Positions 55,194-64,000 of a stretch of DNA of 64,000 nucleotides are shown in pieces. A program made the translations under genes and the position numbers. Position 1 is the stretch's first letter; every line of letters starts with the position of its first letter. This stretch comes from a virus, in the IMG/VR virus record IMGVR_UViG_3300028008_000005, positions 1 through 64,000 of that record. One strand, written 5' to 3'. The notes beneath the pieces were generated by a model, which saw only the letters and a list, made by a program, of their open reading frames with translations, did not search any database and was not told where the DNA came from.

Positions 55194-57290
55194 TTATCTC
55201 CCGTATTGTAAGGATATTAATTCTTTGTATTTCTTATCTGTGCCAATCATTCGCAGCATAGAGTTTCTATCATTCTGTACACTGCTCGTCGGCATACCTC
55301 TGTCAGTGTAAAAGCTAACATCTTGTAGTTGTCCGCTGTATTGTGAAAACGCACTGTTACGACCCATTAAGAATACAGTCAAGCTTTGATCTGTGAATCC
55401 GCCAGAGTCTTGCATGTTACTAGCAAACTCGTCCAAGTTTTGTTCTAGTTGTTCGTCAGACATATTTTCAGCTTGTGCGTTTGCTTTGTCTGTAGTCTCC
55501 TGTTCTTCTTGACTTGGTGGCGCAACATTAAAACGTGAGAAATCAGGTGGTGCTGTTGAAGTTAGAGCATCGCTTATCGATCCACCACTAGAGAAGGCTT
55601 GATTAGTTTGACTACCAAAGTTCTGGTCTGAAGTTGTTACACCAGATGACGATAAAGTGTCTGTGAAATCTTGGGTATCAGACTGTTGATTAGTTGCCTC
55701 AATTGATAGTGCTGAAAATATTATAGAAGGCCCTCCAAAGCTAAAATCAAGGTTAGTCTCTTCGCCGAAAGATTGTTTCCCGCCGTTAAAAGTTTGACCG
55801 CTATCTCCCATGCCCATACTACCTGAGTTTTGTTCTATTAAGTCTTCAACAATGCTTTCTTCGGTTATTTCACTAAAGCTTTGAATTTGGGATTGTTGCT
55901 GTGCCTGTGTTATGCTGTTTAAAGCGAACTTGTTGCTTGATGTTATCGATGACTGAACTAAGTTTGCACTAGATTGTATCTGGTTCATAGCAATGGCCAC
56001 AGCGTCTACTCTTCTAGCTGCGTTTTGCCTTGTTGCTACTGGACCAGATCGACTATTAACAGGTGCTGCTTTGACTACAGCGACTTCAATCATGTCTTCT
56101 CTTATGAGTAAATTGTCATCAGAATTACTCATAACTTCGGGTTGCGTGTAATTTTCTTCTTTTTTTACATCTACAATTTGCTTTTCTATTTCAGGTGTAA
56201 ATTCTTCATATGTTTCCTCTATCTCTGGTACAACTACCTCATCGAACTCTTGCTCCATCATGTCTAGTTCTGGTCCACCACCAAAGTCATCCAGAGAAGA
56301 ACCACCATTAAAAAGATCAGGTGTTGATCCATCAAATGTATCAGCTACCATTCCGTTAAAGTCATCCAGAGAAGAACCACCAAAAAACTCCTCTTGAGTT
56401 TGACCAGCTGTCAATGTATCTTGATATGTATCAAAAGGATCCGGGCCGAAATTAAGTGAAGGATCATCAACAAAATCAAATACATTATCACCAAAGACTT
56501 CAGTACCATCAAAGGATCCTACAGGATCAAAAATGCCACACGACTGTGGATTGTCGTCACATTCATCTACAGCTACGTAATTAGATAGAGTGGAGTTTAC
56601 AGTATCTAATACTGAATCAACACCGCTCGCATTCTCATACGCACCTGTTACTGTATTAAACTGCATTGTAAATGGAATATTAGAAACCCATTTATTCTTT
56701 TTATATTCAAGAACATTATATTGACCAATACTCAAATCACCTGCTGTACCTACCGTAGTGTTGTGCGACTTTATCTTTATTTTATCGTATCTAAATTTAA
56801 TATCACCTGTGTCAAAAATCTTTACTTCAAAGCTATTTAATCTATTAACATTATAATATTCTGGTATATCGTACCAGCCAAACGTGGCAGTATTGCTTGT
56901 TGTTTTATACCAAGGGTTAGGATTATATTCTACTGCTAAGTCTGTCCAAAGACCGAAAATAGAATAACTCAATGCATCCGCTTTGCTACCGTTTCTCCAT
57001 TGCTCGGTATTGTACATTTCAGCTTCTAAGTCGTATCCACTACAACAAAAAGTATGTCCCTTAACACCATTATCTTGGAAGTTCACTACACCGTTGTAAG
57101 TGACCCATGCTTTGTCGTATGTGTTATCATAGAAAGGAAAGTCAAACCCTAGATCAACTTGAGCTTGTTGGAGGTCATCGATATCAAGCTTTACTGCTGA
57201 GTTATCATTTCTTAAGTCTACAAGCACAGACGGATATTGCCCATAAGCAATTCCGCTCAATAGCATTAAGGCTATAAATAACTTTTTCAT
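55194..57290 (-). CDS. Large secreted protein with nidogen (NIDO)-like N-terminal domain and acidic region
   Basis: Signal peptide; DLGFDFPFYD..Y......NG.V.F, IFGLWTDL, NSFEV.I...G.I.FRY; D/E/F-rich repeats. Confidence 0.7.
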   Translation of the reverse strand: MKKLFIALMLLSGIAYGQYPSVLVDLRNDNSAVKLDIDDLQQAQVDLGFDFPFYDNTYDKAWVTYNGVVNFQDNGVKGHTFCCSGYDLEAEMYNTEQWRNGSKADALSYSIFGLWTDLAVEYNPNPWYKTTSNTATFGWYDIPEYYNVNRLNSFEVKIFDTGDIKFRYDKIKIKSHNTTVGTAGDLSIGQYNVLEYKKNKWVSNIPFTMQFNTVTGAYENASGVDSVLDTVNSTLSNYVAVDECDDNPQSCGIFDPVGSFDGTEVFGDNVFDFVDDPSLNFGPDPFDTYQDTLTAGQTQEEFFGGSSLDDFNGMVADTFDGSTPDLFNGGSSLDDFGGGPELDMMEQEFDEVVVPEIEETYEEFTPEIEKQIVDVKKEENYTQPEVMSNSDDNLLIREDMIEVAVVKAAPVNSRSGPVATRQNAARRVDAVAIAMNQIQSSANLVQSSITSSNKFALNSITQAQQQSQIQSFSEITEESIVEDLIEQNSGSMGMGDSGQTFNGGKQSFGEETNLDFSFGGPSIIFSALSIEATNQQSDTQDFTDTLSSSGVTTSDQNFGSQTNQAFSSGGSISDALTSTAPPDFSRFNVAPPSQEEQETTDKANAQAENMSDEQLEQNLDEFASNMQDSGGFTDQSLTVFLMGRNSAFSQYSGQLQDVSFYTDRGMPTSSVQNDRNSMLRMIGTDKKYKELISLQYGR

Positions 57291-58324
57291 TAATTAGGCA
57301 TGTTAGGTGAGGAGGTCATTTTCCTAACACTGCGTTTGGTTACACCAGGCACATCTATAAGATTCTCTTCCCATGCAACGCCCGCCTCTTCGCCAATCAA
57401 ACCTTGGTAAGGGCATGGAGTTCCTGCCATCTTCATAGCAGTCCATACACGCTCATCTTGACACATTAAAGATACAGCAGCAACTCTCATACCCATATCG
57501 TATATTGTCTTAGCAAGTTTAATTCGTTCACAGTTTGTATCTGTAACCGACTTGCCTGCCGACAAACCAAATATTTGAGTTTGAACAGCACCTGCTACAC
57601 CTGTAGTACACAAGTCTTGTGAGAATGAAGCACCTATAGAAGGAGCAATAGCAGATGGCGGAGGTGACTCTATTTTCTGAGTCACGGTTTGAGTTGATTG
57701 TGATTGATTAATGTTCTGGTTTACATTATTGTTTGTGTTATCAGTTGTTACCTCACTAACGCTGTTGTTATTATTAGATGACGAAGATGTAGAAACGTTG
57801 ACGTTTGTATTGTCACTAGTTGATGATGACACATTGGTGTTATTACTAGTACTAGAATTGTTACTGGTAGAAGTATTAACATTGGTGTTGCTATTTGTAT
57901 TGGTGTTTGTGTTGGTATTCACATTGGTATTACTGTTTGTATTGTTACTTGTATTGTTGCTTGTATTATTTGAGGTATTGATATTAGTATTCACATTAGT
58001 ATTACTAGTGCCACCACTCATCACGTTATTGTTAGTATTAACATTAGTGTTGCTACTTGTGCTAGTACTGGTATTTGTATTGTTGTTAGTATTTGTGTTT
58101 GTATTATTATTGGTAGCAGTACTAGTGTTGGTATTTGTATTGTTGTTAGTATTTGTGGTAGTTGCAGTCGAGGTCGATGTTGAAGTCGACGTGATATCAG
58201 TTTCCGCAGTGGATCCTTCGCAGTATTGGGTTCCAGCAGTACAAGTGCCAGTTGCTTGTGCCAATACAGGGTTAGACAATATAGGAGTCATCAAAAGCAT
58301 AGCAAAGAGATATAAACGTTTCAT
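57290..58324 (-). CDS. Secreted Asn/Thr-rich low-complexity protein with Cys-rich C-terminal domain
   Basis: Signal peptide; ~170 aa NTNT/NTNV repeats; PPPSAIAP...DLC...CERIKLAK...MCQD.RV..AM..AGTPCP. Confidence 0.8.
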   Translation of the reverse strand: MKRLYLFAMLLMTPILSNPVLAQATGTCTAGTQYCEGSTAETDITSTSTSTSTATTTNTNNNTNTNTSTATNNNTNTNTNNNTNTSTSTSSNTNVNTNNNVMSGGTSNTNVNTNINTSNNTSNNTSNNTNSNTNVNTNTNTNTNSNTNVNTSTSNNSSTSNNTNVSSSTSDNTNVNVSTSSSSNNNNSVSEVTTDNTNNNVNQNINQSQSTQTVTQKIESPPPSAIAPSIGASFSQDLCTTGVAGAVQTQIFGLSAGKSVTDTNCERIKLAKTIYDMGMRVAAVSLMCQDERVWTAMKMAGTPCPYQGLIGEEAGVAWEENLIDVPGVTKRSVRKMTSSPNMPN

Positions 58325-58360
58325 AGTTAATTCTCTTTAGGGGGATAGTTATTGCCTATC

Positions 58361-58368
58361 TATTTATA
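58361..58368 (-). promoter_or_regulatory. T4-type late promoter TATAAATA (minus strand)
   Basis: TATTTATA on + strand, 36 nt upstream of the ORF starting at 58324. Confidence 0.75.
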
Positions 58369-58376
58369 ATAATTTA

Positions 58377-58462
58377 CGTTACGAACTATGACGATTTGGG
58401 GGTTCACAAAAGGTATTTTTTAGGGTATAATACTCACATAAATTAAATAAAGGACCAAACCT
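58377..58462 (+). promoter_or_regulatory. Early promoter cassette
   Basis: CGTTACGAACTATGACGATTT 58377-58397; TTCACA 58403-58408; TATAAT 58426-58431; conserved leader. Confidence 0.75.
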
Positions 58463-58648
58463 ATGTCAAAGATGGGCCAGTACATCCAAGAGTTTAATGA
58501 CGACCTAATTAATATGTCGTTCCACGATTTTTGTTTAAAGCATGCCAACGACTATCCAAATAAGGCTAAGGACGAGAACAAGCTAAAGGAGCTCAAGGAT
58601 GAGTACAACTCTATGAAAGATGATTTGCTAACAAGTTACGAACTGTGA
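58463..58648 (+). CDS. Hypothetical early protein
   Basis: Follows promoter cassette; MSKMGQY N-terminus. Confidence 0.65.
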   Translation: MSKMGQYIQEFNDDLINMSFHDFCLKHANDYPNKAKDENKLKELKDEYNSMKDDLLTSYEL

Positions 58649-58720
58649 CGAATTAATTGTTTACAAGACCCCCTGTTCTAGTGTATAATACTCACGTAAA
58701 TTAGGAAAAGGACAAAGATT
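58635..58720 (+). promoter_or_regulatory. Early promoter cassette
   Basis: GTTACGAACTGTGACGAATT 58635-58654; TTTACA 58660-58665; TATAAT 58684-58689. Confidence 0.75.
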
Positions 58721-58812
58721 ATGGAAAAGGTTAAATACGTACTTACTGAAATAGCTATTGCAGGTTCGGTTGGTTTGGTTATGGGAATTATTTTTGGATT
58801 AGGGGTTTAATT

Positions 58813-59001
58813 ATGAATATTGATAAGAAAATGGTTACAGATATAAACGTTGCTTATAAGCAGTTCTTAAATCTTGTCGAAGAAGGTGCGGGTGATTTCA
58901 CAACCCATAAAGCACTGTGCAATATGATAGATTACGCACACTCTCTTCAAATGGAAATAGATCCAGACCCTCGAGCCATTTGCCGGAGGGAGGGGCGATA
59001 A
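58813..59001 (+). CDS. Hypothetical protein
   Basis: Early operon packing. Confidence 0.55.
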   Translation: MNIDKKMVTDINVAYKQFLNLVEEGAGDFTTHKALCNMIDYAHSLQMEIDPDPRAICRREGR

Positions 59002-59279
59002 TGAATAGGATCGAAATGATTAAGAATGCGGTTCATAAGATTCAGGGCAATCCAGAATTTAAGTCTACTATGCAAAAGGCTAACGCTAGGTTTATTAAAG
59101 ATTGCCAAAAGAAGATCGATCGCATTCGAGCTAAGCAAGAGCGTCAGGCAGAGAAAGAGATACAGGAGCTTGACGAAAACTATAACCATCTTGAACCAAA
59201 GGTTGCTCGCCAAATCGCAGATTCTGTTGTTGGTGAGATATATCGCGAAACTACTAGATTTGATAATGAGTGGAATTAA
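59001..59279 (+). CDS. Hypothetical protein
   Basis: ATG 59001 after GGAGG. Confidence 0.6.
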   Translation: MNRIEMIKNAVHKIQGNPEFKSTMQKANARFIKDCQKKIDRIRAKQERQAEKEIQELDENYNHLEPKVARQIADSVVGEIYRETTRFDNEWN

Positions 59280-59280
59280 T

Positions 59281-59643
59281 ATGGAAACATTTGTTGTAAC
59301 AACACAGATCCTTGAAAACTACGGATCGCATACCACCGACGGGGAATTCTCTTCGGGCAATGCCTACTGGAAGTTTAAGGGTGGATCAACGTATATCGTT
59401 AAAGGATTATCCCGTAGCCAGGACGCTATGGCTTATGTTGCTGGACCTAATATCGAGAATACCGTTAACTGGAAAGAGTTTCCTATTGAGGTTATGACCA
59501 TGGATGAATTTGAATCTAGGTTTCCAGAAGCTTCTGATCTCCTAGATTTTGAATTGAGAGAAGCTATTACTTTAGATGCTAGCGTTGAGATACCTACTAA
59601 GCCCAAAGGCAGATTTCATCTGCGTGGGTCCTTGGGACTATAA
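59281..59643 (+). CDS. Hypothetical protein
   Basis: TQ..ENYG.H...YWKFKGG.TY motif; start set at ATG 59281. Confidence 0.65.
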   Translation: METFVVTTQILENYGSHTTDGEFSSGNAYWKFKGGSTYIVKGLSRSQDAMAYVAGPNIENTVNWKEFPIEVMTMDEFESRFPEASDLLDFELREAITLDASVEIPTKPKGRFHLRGSLGL

Positions 59644-59975
59644 TGTCTACACCTCGTCGCTTAAAAGAAGCAAGAATGGAAGCTCACCGCCAAGAAAAGA
59701 TTGAGAAGGAACGTAAGAAGTTGTTTACGGTTAATTCAAATAAGAAGGAGTTTATACCCTATGTCCCGAAACCGATTTATCGCAAGGAGGAACAGAAGTA
59801 TGAAAGTGCAGTCAGCAGCAAACTCGAACATTCGGCGGCAGCAACAGCAAAGCCAAGAAGAACAGAGTACTCCGGTGACTACGTCACAGGAATCGCAACA
59901 ATGCACAAATCAAATCTCGTCCCTGTCGGAAGGGGAGATAATCCGCAAGATTATGCAACAATGAGGAGAAGTTAA
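59643..59975 (+). CDS. Conserved hypothetical protein
   Basis: Y.G....GIATMHKSN.VPV...MRR. Confidence 0.7.
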   Translation: MSTPRRLKEARMEAHRQEKIEKERKKLFTVNSNKKEFIPYVPKPIYRKEEQKYESAVSSKLEHSAAATAKPRRTEYSGDYVTGIATMHKSNLVPVGRGDNPQDYATMRRS

Positions 59976-60223
59976 TGAACCGCAATAAAATGATTGAAAT
60001 GCTACGTGATCAGGTGTGCGTAGTTAAGTTTACTAAGGTAAACGGGGAATCTCGCGAAATGGCATGCACTTTAAATGAGAATGCTATTCCAGATACAATG
60101 AAGCCTAAGGATTCATCTACAGCTTGGCCGGAAGAAGTTATTCGGGTCTTTGATGTAAACAAATCCGGTTGGCGTTCTTTTAAGGTTGATTCAGTTCAGA
60201 CGTTTGATTTTCTACTTCCATAA
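59975..60223 (+). CDS. WYL_2/SH3-fold-like small protein
   Basis: VKFTKVNGE.R.M.CTL...VFDV...GWRSFK. Confidence 0.7.
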   Translation: MNRNKMIEMLRDQVCVVKFTKVNGESREMACTLNENAIPDTMKPKDSSTAWPEEVIRVFDVNKSGWRSFKVDSVQTFDFLLP

Positions 60224-60286
60224 ATATGTTTACTTTTTTAGAAAAGTGTGATATAATGATTTTATTATTAACAAAAGGAGGTTATT

Positions 60287-61420
60287 ATGGCAATAGGTAG
60301 AAAGCAATTAAAGAAGACAGTCAGGGTAAGACCTAAGACTGGAATCCATGCTGCTGAGACCATTGTTGATTTCTATAAGCTTAAGTGGTACTTCCACTAT
60401 GAAATAGAAGTAAAAGAAATATCTTCTGTTGTTAAGCCCTGGATCAAAGAAACCTTTTCTAAAGAAGAAGCAAAGGCTATTCTAGCTAATCCCGAATATC
60501 ACTTTACGATGTATCCACACTTTGCATCGTGTATATTTTGGGCTAAGAAGAATATGCCTTATCCTGAACCATATGCTAATTGGTTTAATATTGTTAAGGA
60601 TTACTATACCAGCATTATTGAAATCGGTCAATCTATTGTTAAGGAAAAAGCTGAGAACAAAGATAATGCTGGAACAAACGTAGTAACACTCAGTCCTCAG
60701 CAAAGACTAATCAATAAGATTAACGATACAGTTATGCAGGATATTCTTGATCTTGAAGATAAGTGGATAGATGGTGACAATAAAGCTACTATCGATCTCT
60801 ATACCCAGTTTAAGGTACACGGCCTATCTGGCTCTGCTGCTGATCACGTTCGTAAGGTCCTTAGTGTATGGTTGGATGAGTACACAGAAGCTTATAGCGG
60901 AACGTGTGAGCAGCTTAGCGAGGCGTATTCACATGTCTCTAAGCCTAATCTTAAGCAAAGGATTAAGACCTGCGAAGCTATGCTATCTGATCTTGATAAG
61001 ATTAAGAGTGCAGCTAAGGCAGTTCGTAAGACTCGTATTAAGAAACCTAGAGCTGCTGATAAGCAAGTAAGTAAGTTAAACTACTGCAAAGAGAATAATG
61101 AATTTAAAATTGTTTCAATATTCCCTATACAGATTGTTGGCTCTATGAGGTTATATGTATTTAATGTTAAAACCAGAGAGTTAACTGAATTCATAAGTGA
61201 ATCGGTTAATGGCTTTGAAGTGAAAGGGACTTCATTGCAAAACTTCGCGGGAGGATCACGTAAGGTTAGATTACGTAAACCAGACGAGTTCCTATCAATT
61301 GTACAGTCTAAAACACCGAGGCAAATTGATAACGAATGGCAAAAATTAACTACAAAGACAAGCGAACCCAACGGGCGAATCAACAAGGACTGTGTCTTGT
61401 TACGTGTATCGGACTCTTAG
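60287..61420 (+). CDS. Conserved T4-like hypothetical protein
   Basis: VFN.K.R.L..., VKGTSL.NF, LRKP.E.L, NGRIN.D..LLR; own early promoter. Confidence 0.75.
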   Translation: MAIGRKQLKKTVRVRPKTGIHAAETIVDFYKLKWYFHYEIEVKEISSVVKPWIKETFSKEEAKAILANPEYHFTMYPHFASCIFWAKKNMPYPEPYANWFNIVKDYYTSIIEIGQSIVKEKAENKDNAGTNVVTLSPQQRLINKINDTVMQDILDLEDKWIDGDNKATIDLYTQFKVHGLSGSAADHVRKVLSVWLDEYTEAYSGTCEQLSEAYSHVSKPNLKQRIKTCEAMLSDLDKIKSAAKAVRKTRIKKPRAADKQVSKLNYCKENNEFKIVSIFPIQIVGSMRLYVFNVKTRELTEFISESVNGFEVKGTSLQNFAGGSRKVRLRKPDEFLSIVQSKTPRQIDNEWQKLTTKTSEPNGRINKDCVLLRVSDS

Positions 61421-61950
61421 CAGTTGTAGCTCGATGGGATTATTCAACCCCTGTAAAAGCTGAGCCAATTGTAATTCCTGAGGTAGTAGAAAAACACACA
61501 CCTTATGAAACTGTCTATGCTACTGATATATTCGTAGAGAAAGACTTTGAATGCTTAGTTTTAAATAGCTATTATGAAGCTAGGAATCAGAACGAAGATG
61601 CTATTATGGCAGTTGCCATGGTTACTTTAAATAGAACCCAAGATAGTCGTTATCCTTCTACAATATGCGAGGTTATTAAGCAAACTAAGTATGATAGACT
61701 GGGTAGGATACTGCTTAACCAATGCCAGTTCTCTTGGTATTGCGACGGTAAGTCCGATAGACCCAAAGATAGAAAGGCATATAAGTATGTACAGTATATA
61801 ACAGAGAAAGCTATTGTTCTCTGGTATACTAATCAGGACATTACAAAAGGTGCAACACACTATCATGCACGCTATGTAAAACCTGATTGGGCATCATCAC
61901 TCGCTTACATTGATGATATAGGCGATCATAGATTTTATAAATGGAACTAA
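61336..61950 (+). CDS. SleB/Hydrolase_2 cell wall hydrolase
   Basis: CL..N.YYEARNQ, VTLNR, P.TICEVI.Q, CQFSWYCDG, GATHYHA.YV.P.W, IG.H.FY. Confidence 0.9.
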   Translation: MAKINYKDKRTQRANQQGLCLVTCIGLLAVVARWDYSTPVKAEPIVIPEVVEKHTPYETVYATDIFVEKDFECLVLNSYYEARNQNEDAIMAVAMVTLNRTQDSRYPSTICEVIKQTKYDRLGRILLNQCQFSWYCDGKSDRPKDRKAYKYVQYITEKAIVLWYTNQDITKGATHYHARYVKPDWASSLAYIDDIGDHRFYKWN

Positions 61951-61968
61951 TGACTGAGGAGTATAGCT

Positions 61969-62148
61969 ATGCCAACGAAGTTTAAACCGTCTACATATAA
62001 GAGGGTTGGGGGTGTTAAAGTAGGATCTCATACCTACATGTCCGGGGTATCTGTTAAAGCCCTGCAAGACGTATTAGAGTCTAATTCAGCAAAGCCTAAG
62101 ATGAAGAATAAGGTTCGAAAAGAGCTTGTCCGACGAGGCGTTGTATGA
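61969..62148 (+). CDS. Small basic protein (59 aa)
   Basis: Read manually: MPTKFKPS...KVRKELVRRGVV; GAGGAG RBS. Confidence 0.65.
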   Translation: MPTKFKPSTYKRVGGVKVGSHTYMSGVSVKALQDVLESNSAKPKMKNKVRKELVRRGVV

Positions 62149-62387
62149 TAGAACCTAAAATCTTAACTAAGAAAAGGTTTTCAGAGGAAGTAGAAAACAG
62201 GATGGCAAAAGGCTTAGAGAGTAGCTACATTGACGCCTGTGTTCAAGTCTGTGAGAACCACCAATTCCCTCCAGAAGAAGCTGGTCGGCTTATCTCTCCC
62301 TCTTTATACTCTAAGATTGAGGCAGAAGCTGCTAGGGTAAATTTAGTAAAGGTTCCCTCTCATAATACAACCATGCTTCCTATATGA
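62145..62387 (+). CDS. 33: Late transcription coactivator (gp33)
   Basis: FS.EVE...SYIDA....CE...LIS..L..KIE.EA...NL; precedes 59 and 32. Confidence 0.85.
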   Translation: MIEPKILTKKRFSEEVENRMAKGLESSYIDACVQVCENHQFPPEEAGRLISPSLYSKIEAEAARVNLVKVPSHNTTMLPI

Positions 62388-62974
62388 GACAAATGGAACC
62401 TTTCCAAGCCTTCAGTCTATATCAAGCTATTAAGCTACACTTCGAAAGTGATAGCTACGATGCAGTAAAGTATAACTACAAAACGTCTGCTAAGCCACAG
62501 TCTTTCTGGAAAAGAAAGGATAAGTATTTCTTTGCTAAAGTTGGTAAAAGGTTTGAAACAGCAGAGCAGTTAAAGTTCTATTACATCTCCCACTTCATTA
62601 AAGACAATAAGTGGATAGGTGATATGATCTCAAACGAAGGTCCTTATGATGACTGGATTAGGATAAACGAAAGTCTTGGCTATATCTTTGAGCAAGACCT
62701 ATATAAACTATCAGAGGAGATAAGCTCGTTTGACGACTTGTTTAAGATTGATGTACATCCTAAGATTGTAGAAAAATACATGCAGGATGAGATATCATTA
62801 GAAACAGTTGTTATAATAAATAAATTAGTCGGCTTTATGAATAAGGCTGATAAAGAAATTACGGAAACTATCGTGTGGCCTGACATCTCACGAAAGATTC
62901 GTAAGTATACCCCTTTTGTTATGGCGAACCCTGAAAGAATGAAAAAAATTATTCTTAAGGTGTTTACATCATAG
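62384..62974 (+). CDS. 59: Helicase loader (gp59)
   Basis: Y.AIKLHF...YD..KY..K, F.KRKDKYFF, ISLET. Confidence 0.88.
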   Translation: MRQMEPFQAFSLYQAIKLHFESDSYDAVKYNYKTSAKPQSFWKRKDKYFFAKVGKRFETAEQLKFYYISHFIKDNKWIGDMISNEGPYDDWIRINESLGYIFEQDLYKLSEEISSFDDLFKIDVHPKIVEKYMQDEISLETVVIINKLVGFMNKADKEITETIVWPDISRKIRKYTPFVMANPERMKKIILKVFTS

Positions 62975-63056
62975 CAAAAGTATGGTATAATGTAGTCTAT
63001 ATTATGGGAAAGTGGATAATTCAGTAATACTAATACAAACTATATGGAGTAATAAT

Positions 63057-63968
63057 ATGTCATTCGCAGACCTCAAGCGTAACCGTTCATCAGCAATCTC
63101 AGCTCTTACTGCAGCAGCAGAATCAGCTGGATCTGGTCAACAACAAACTAAAAGCTATGTAGACGATCGATTCTGGAAGCCAACATCTGATAAAGCAGGT
63201 AATGGTTATGCAGTAATTCGATTCTTACCTGCCCCATCCGGTGAAGAACTCCCTTGGGTTCGTTACTGGGATCACGGCTTCCAAGGTCCTGGTGGTCTTT
63301 GGTACATCGAAAGCTCACTCACCTCGATCGGACAACAAGATCCAGTATCTGAAATGAATACTGTACTTTGGAATACCGGCAGGGATGAGGATAAGCAGAT
63401 CGCTCGCGATCGTAAGCGTCGTCTACATTATGTAGCGAATATTCAAGTTATCTCAGATCCTTCTAAGCCAGAAAACGAAGGTAAAGTATTCCTTTACAAG
63501 TTTGGCAAAAAGATCTTTGATAAAGTTATGGATGTTATGCAACCTCAGTTTGCAGACGAGCAACCAGTTAATCCTTTTGATTTCTGGGAAGGTGCAAACT
63601 TTAAGATTAAGATTCGTAAGGTAGATGGTTGGGTTAACTATGACAAGTCAGAATTTGATGGCATGTCAGCAATCTCTCAAGATGAAACTGAAATCGAAGC
63701 AATCTATAATAAGCTATATAGTCTACAGGATTTTATGGATCCTAAGAACTATAAGACCTATGAAGAACTTAAGCAACGCCTAAACAAAGTATTGGGTGAA
63801 GCACAAGTTATGACTACTGCAGAATCTATCTCATTGGACGAATCTTCTGATTCAATCCCATGGTCAGCAGAACCGGCTCCAGTTCCAGCTCCGGTTCAGG
63901 CTTCTGTTGATAATGATGACACAGAGGATACATTAAGTTACTTTCAGAAGTTAGCAACGCAAGGGTAA
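63057..63968 (+). CDS. 32: Single-stranded DNA-binding protein (gp32)
   Basis: DDRFWKP..DKAGNGYAVIRFLP, HGFQGPGG.WYIE, FGKKIFDK, NPFDFWEGANF, NYDKSEF, acidic tail; start ATG 63057. Confidence 0.96.
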   Translation: MSFADLKRNRSSAISALTAAAESAGSGQQQTKSYVDDRFWKPTSDKAGNGYAVIRFLPAPSGEELPWVRYWDHGFQGPGGLWYIESSLTSIGQQDPVSEMNTVLWNTGRDEDKQIARDRKRRLHYVANIQVISDPSKPENEGKVFLYKFGKKIFDKVMDVMQPQFADEQPVNPFDFWEGANFKIKIRKVDGWVNYDKSEFDGMSAISQDETEIEAIYNKLYSLQDFMDPKNYKTYEELKQRLNKVLGEAQVMTTAESISLDESSDSIPWSAEPAPVPAPVQASVDNDDTEDTLSYFQKLATQG

Positions 63969-63984
63969 GAACTTAGCGTTTTTT

Positions 63985-64000
63985 GGGAGACTTCGGTCTC
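63985..64000 (+). terminator. Terminator hairpin with UUCG tetraloop (cut off by window end)
   Basis: GAGAC-TTCG-GTCTC downstream of gene 32. Confidence 0.7.

Noticed and set aside
57711-58340. 209 aa Leu/Val-rich + strand ORF
   Set aside because: Antisense shadow of the Asn/Thr repeat gene; the low-complexity codons lack stops on the opposite strand.

Overview
64 kb of a large, AT-rich T4-like phage genome, probably aquatic and infecting a Gram-negative (likely gammaproteobacterial) host; habitat and host are inferred. Almost all genes are on the + strand. The window holds the T4 replication/recombination/late-transcription core (55, 47, 46, 45, 44, 62, regA, 43, uvsX, 41, rnh, 33, 59, 32), nucleotide metabolism genes (nrdAB, thyX, dCMP deaminase, several pyrophosphohydrolases) and lysis genes (lysozyme, overlapping spanins, SleB-like hydrolase). 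Notable accessory content: (1) a 23-codon pqqA (PQQ precursor peptide), below the ORF-track cut-off, directly after two tandem secreted cytochrome c/copper-monooxygenase genes; (2) a candidate new DNA base-modification operon (dCMP-type thymidylate-synthase homolog + asparagine-synthetase-like amidotransferase + dCMP deaminase); (3) late genes sharing a T4 internal-protein-like capsid-targeting N-terminus, including nuclease-, ligase-, nucleotidyltransferase- and kinase-like proteins; (4) a circularly permuted two-piece tmRNA; (5) a repeated early-promoter cassette with a fixed-position direct-repeat box and an optional ~80 bp inverted-repeat insert; (6) a ROSE-like RNA thermometer before hsp20; (7) an AEP primase-polymerase, with no gp61 primase in the window; (8) a minus-strand late operon of secreted/membrane proteins. 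All calls come from motif recognition by eye; no searches were run.
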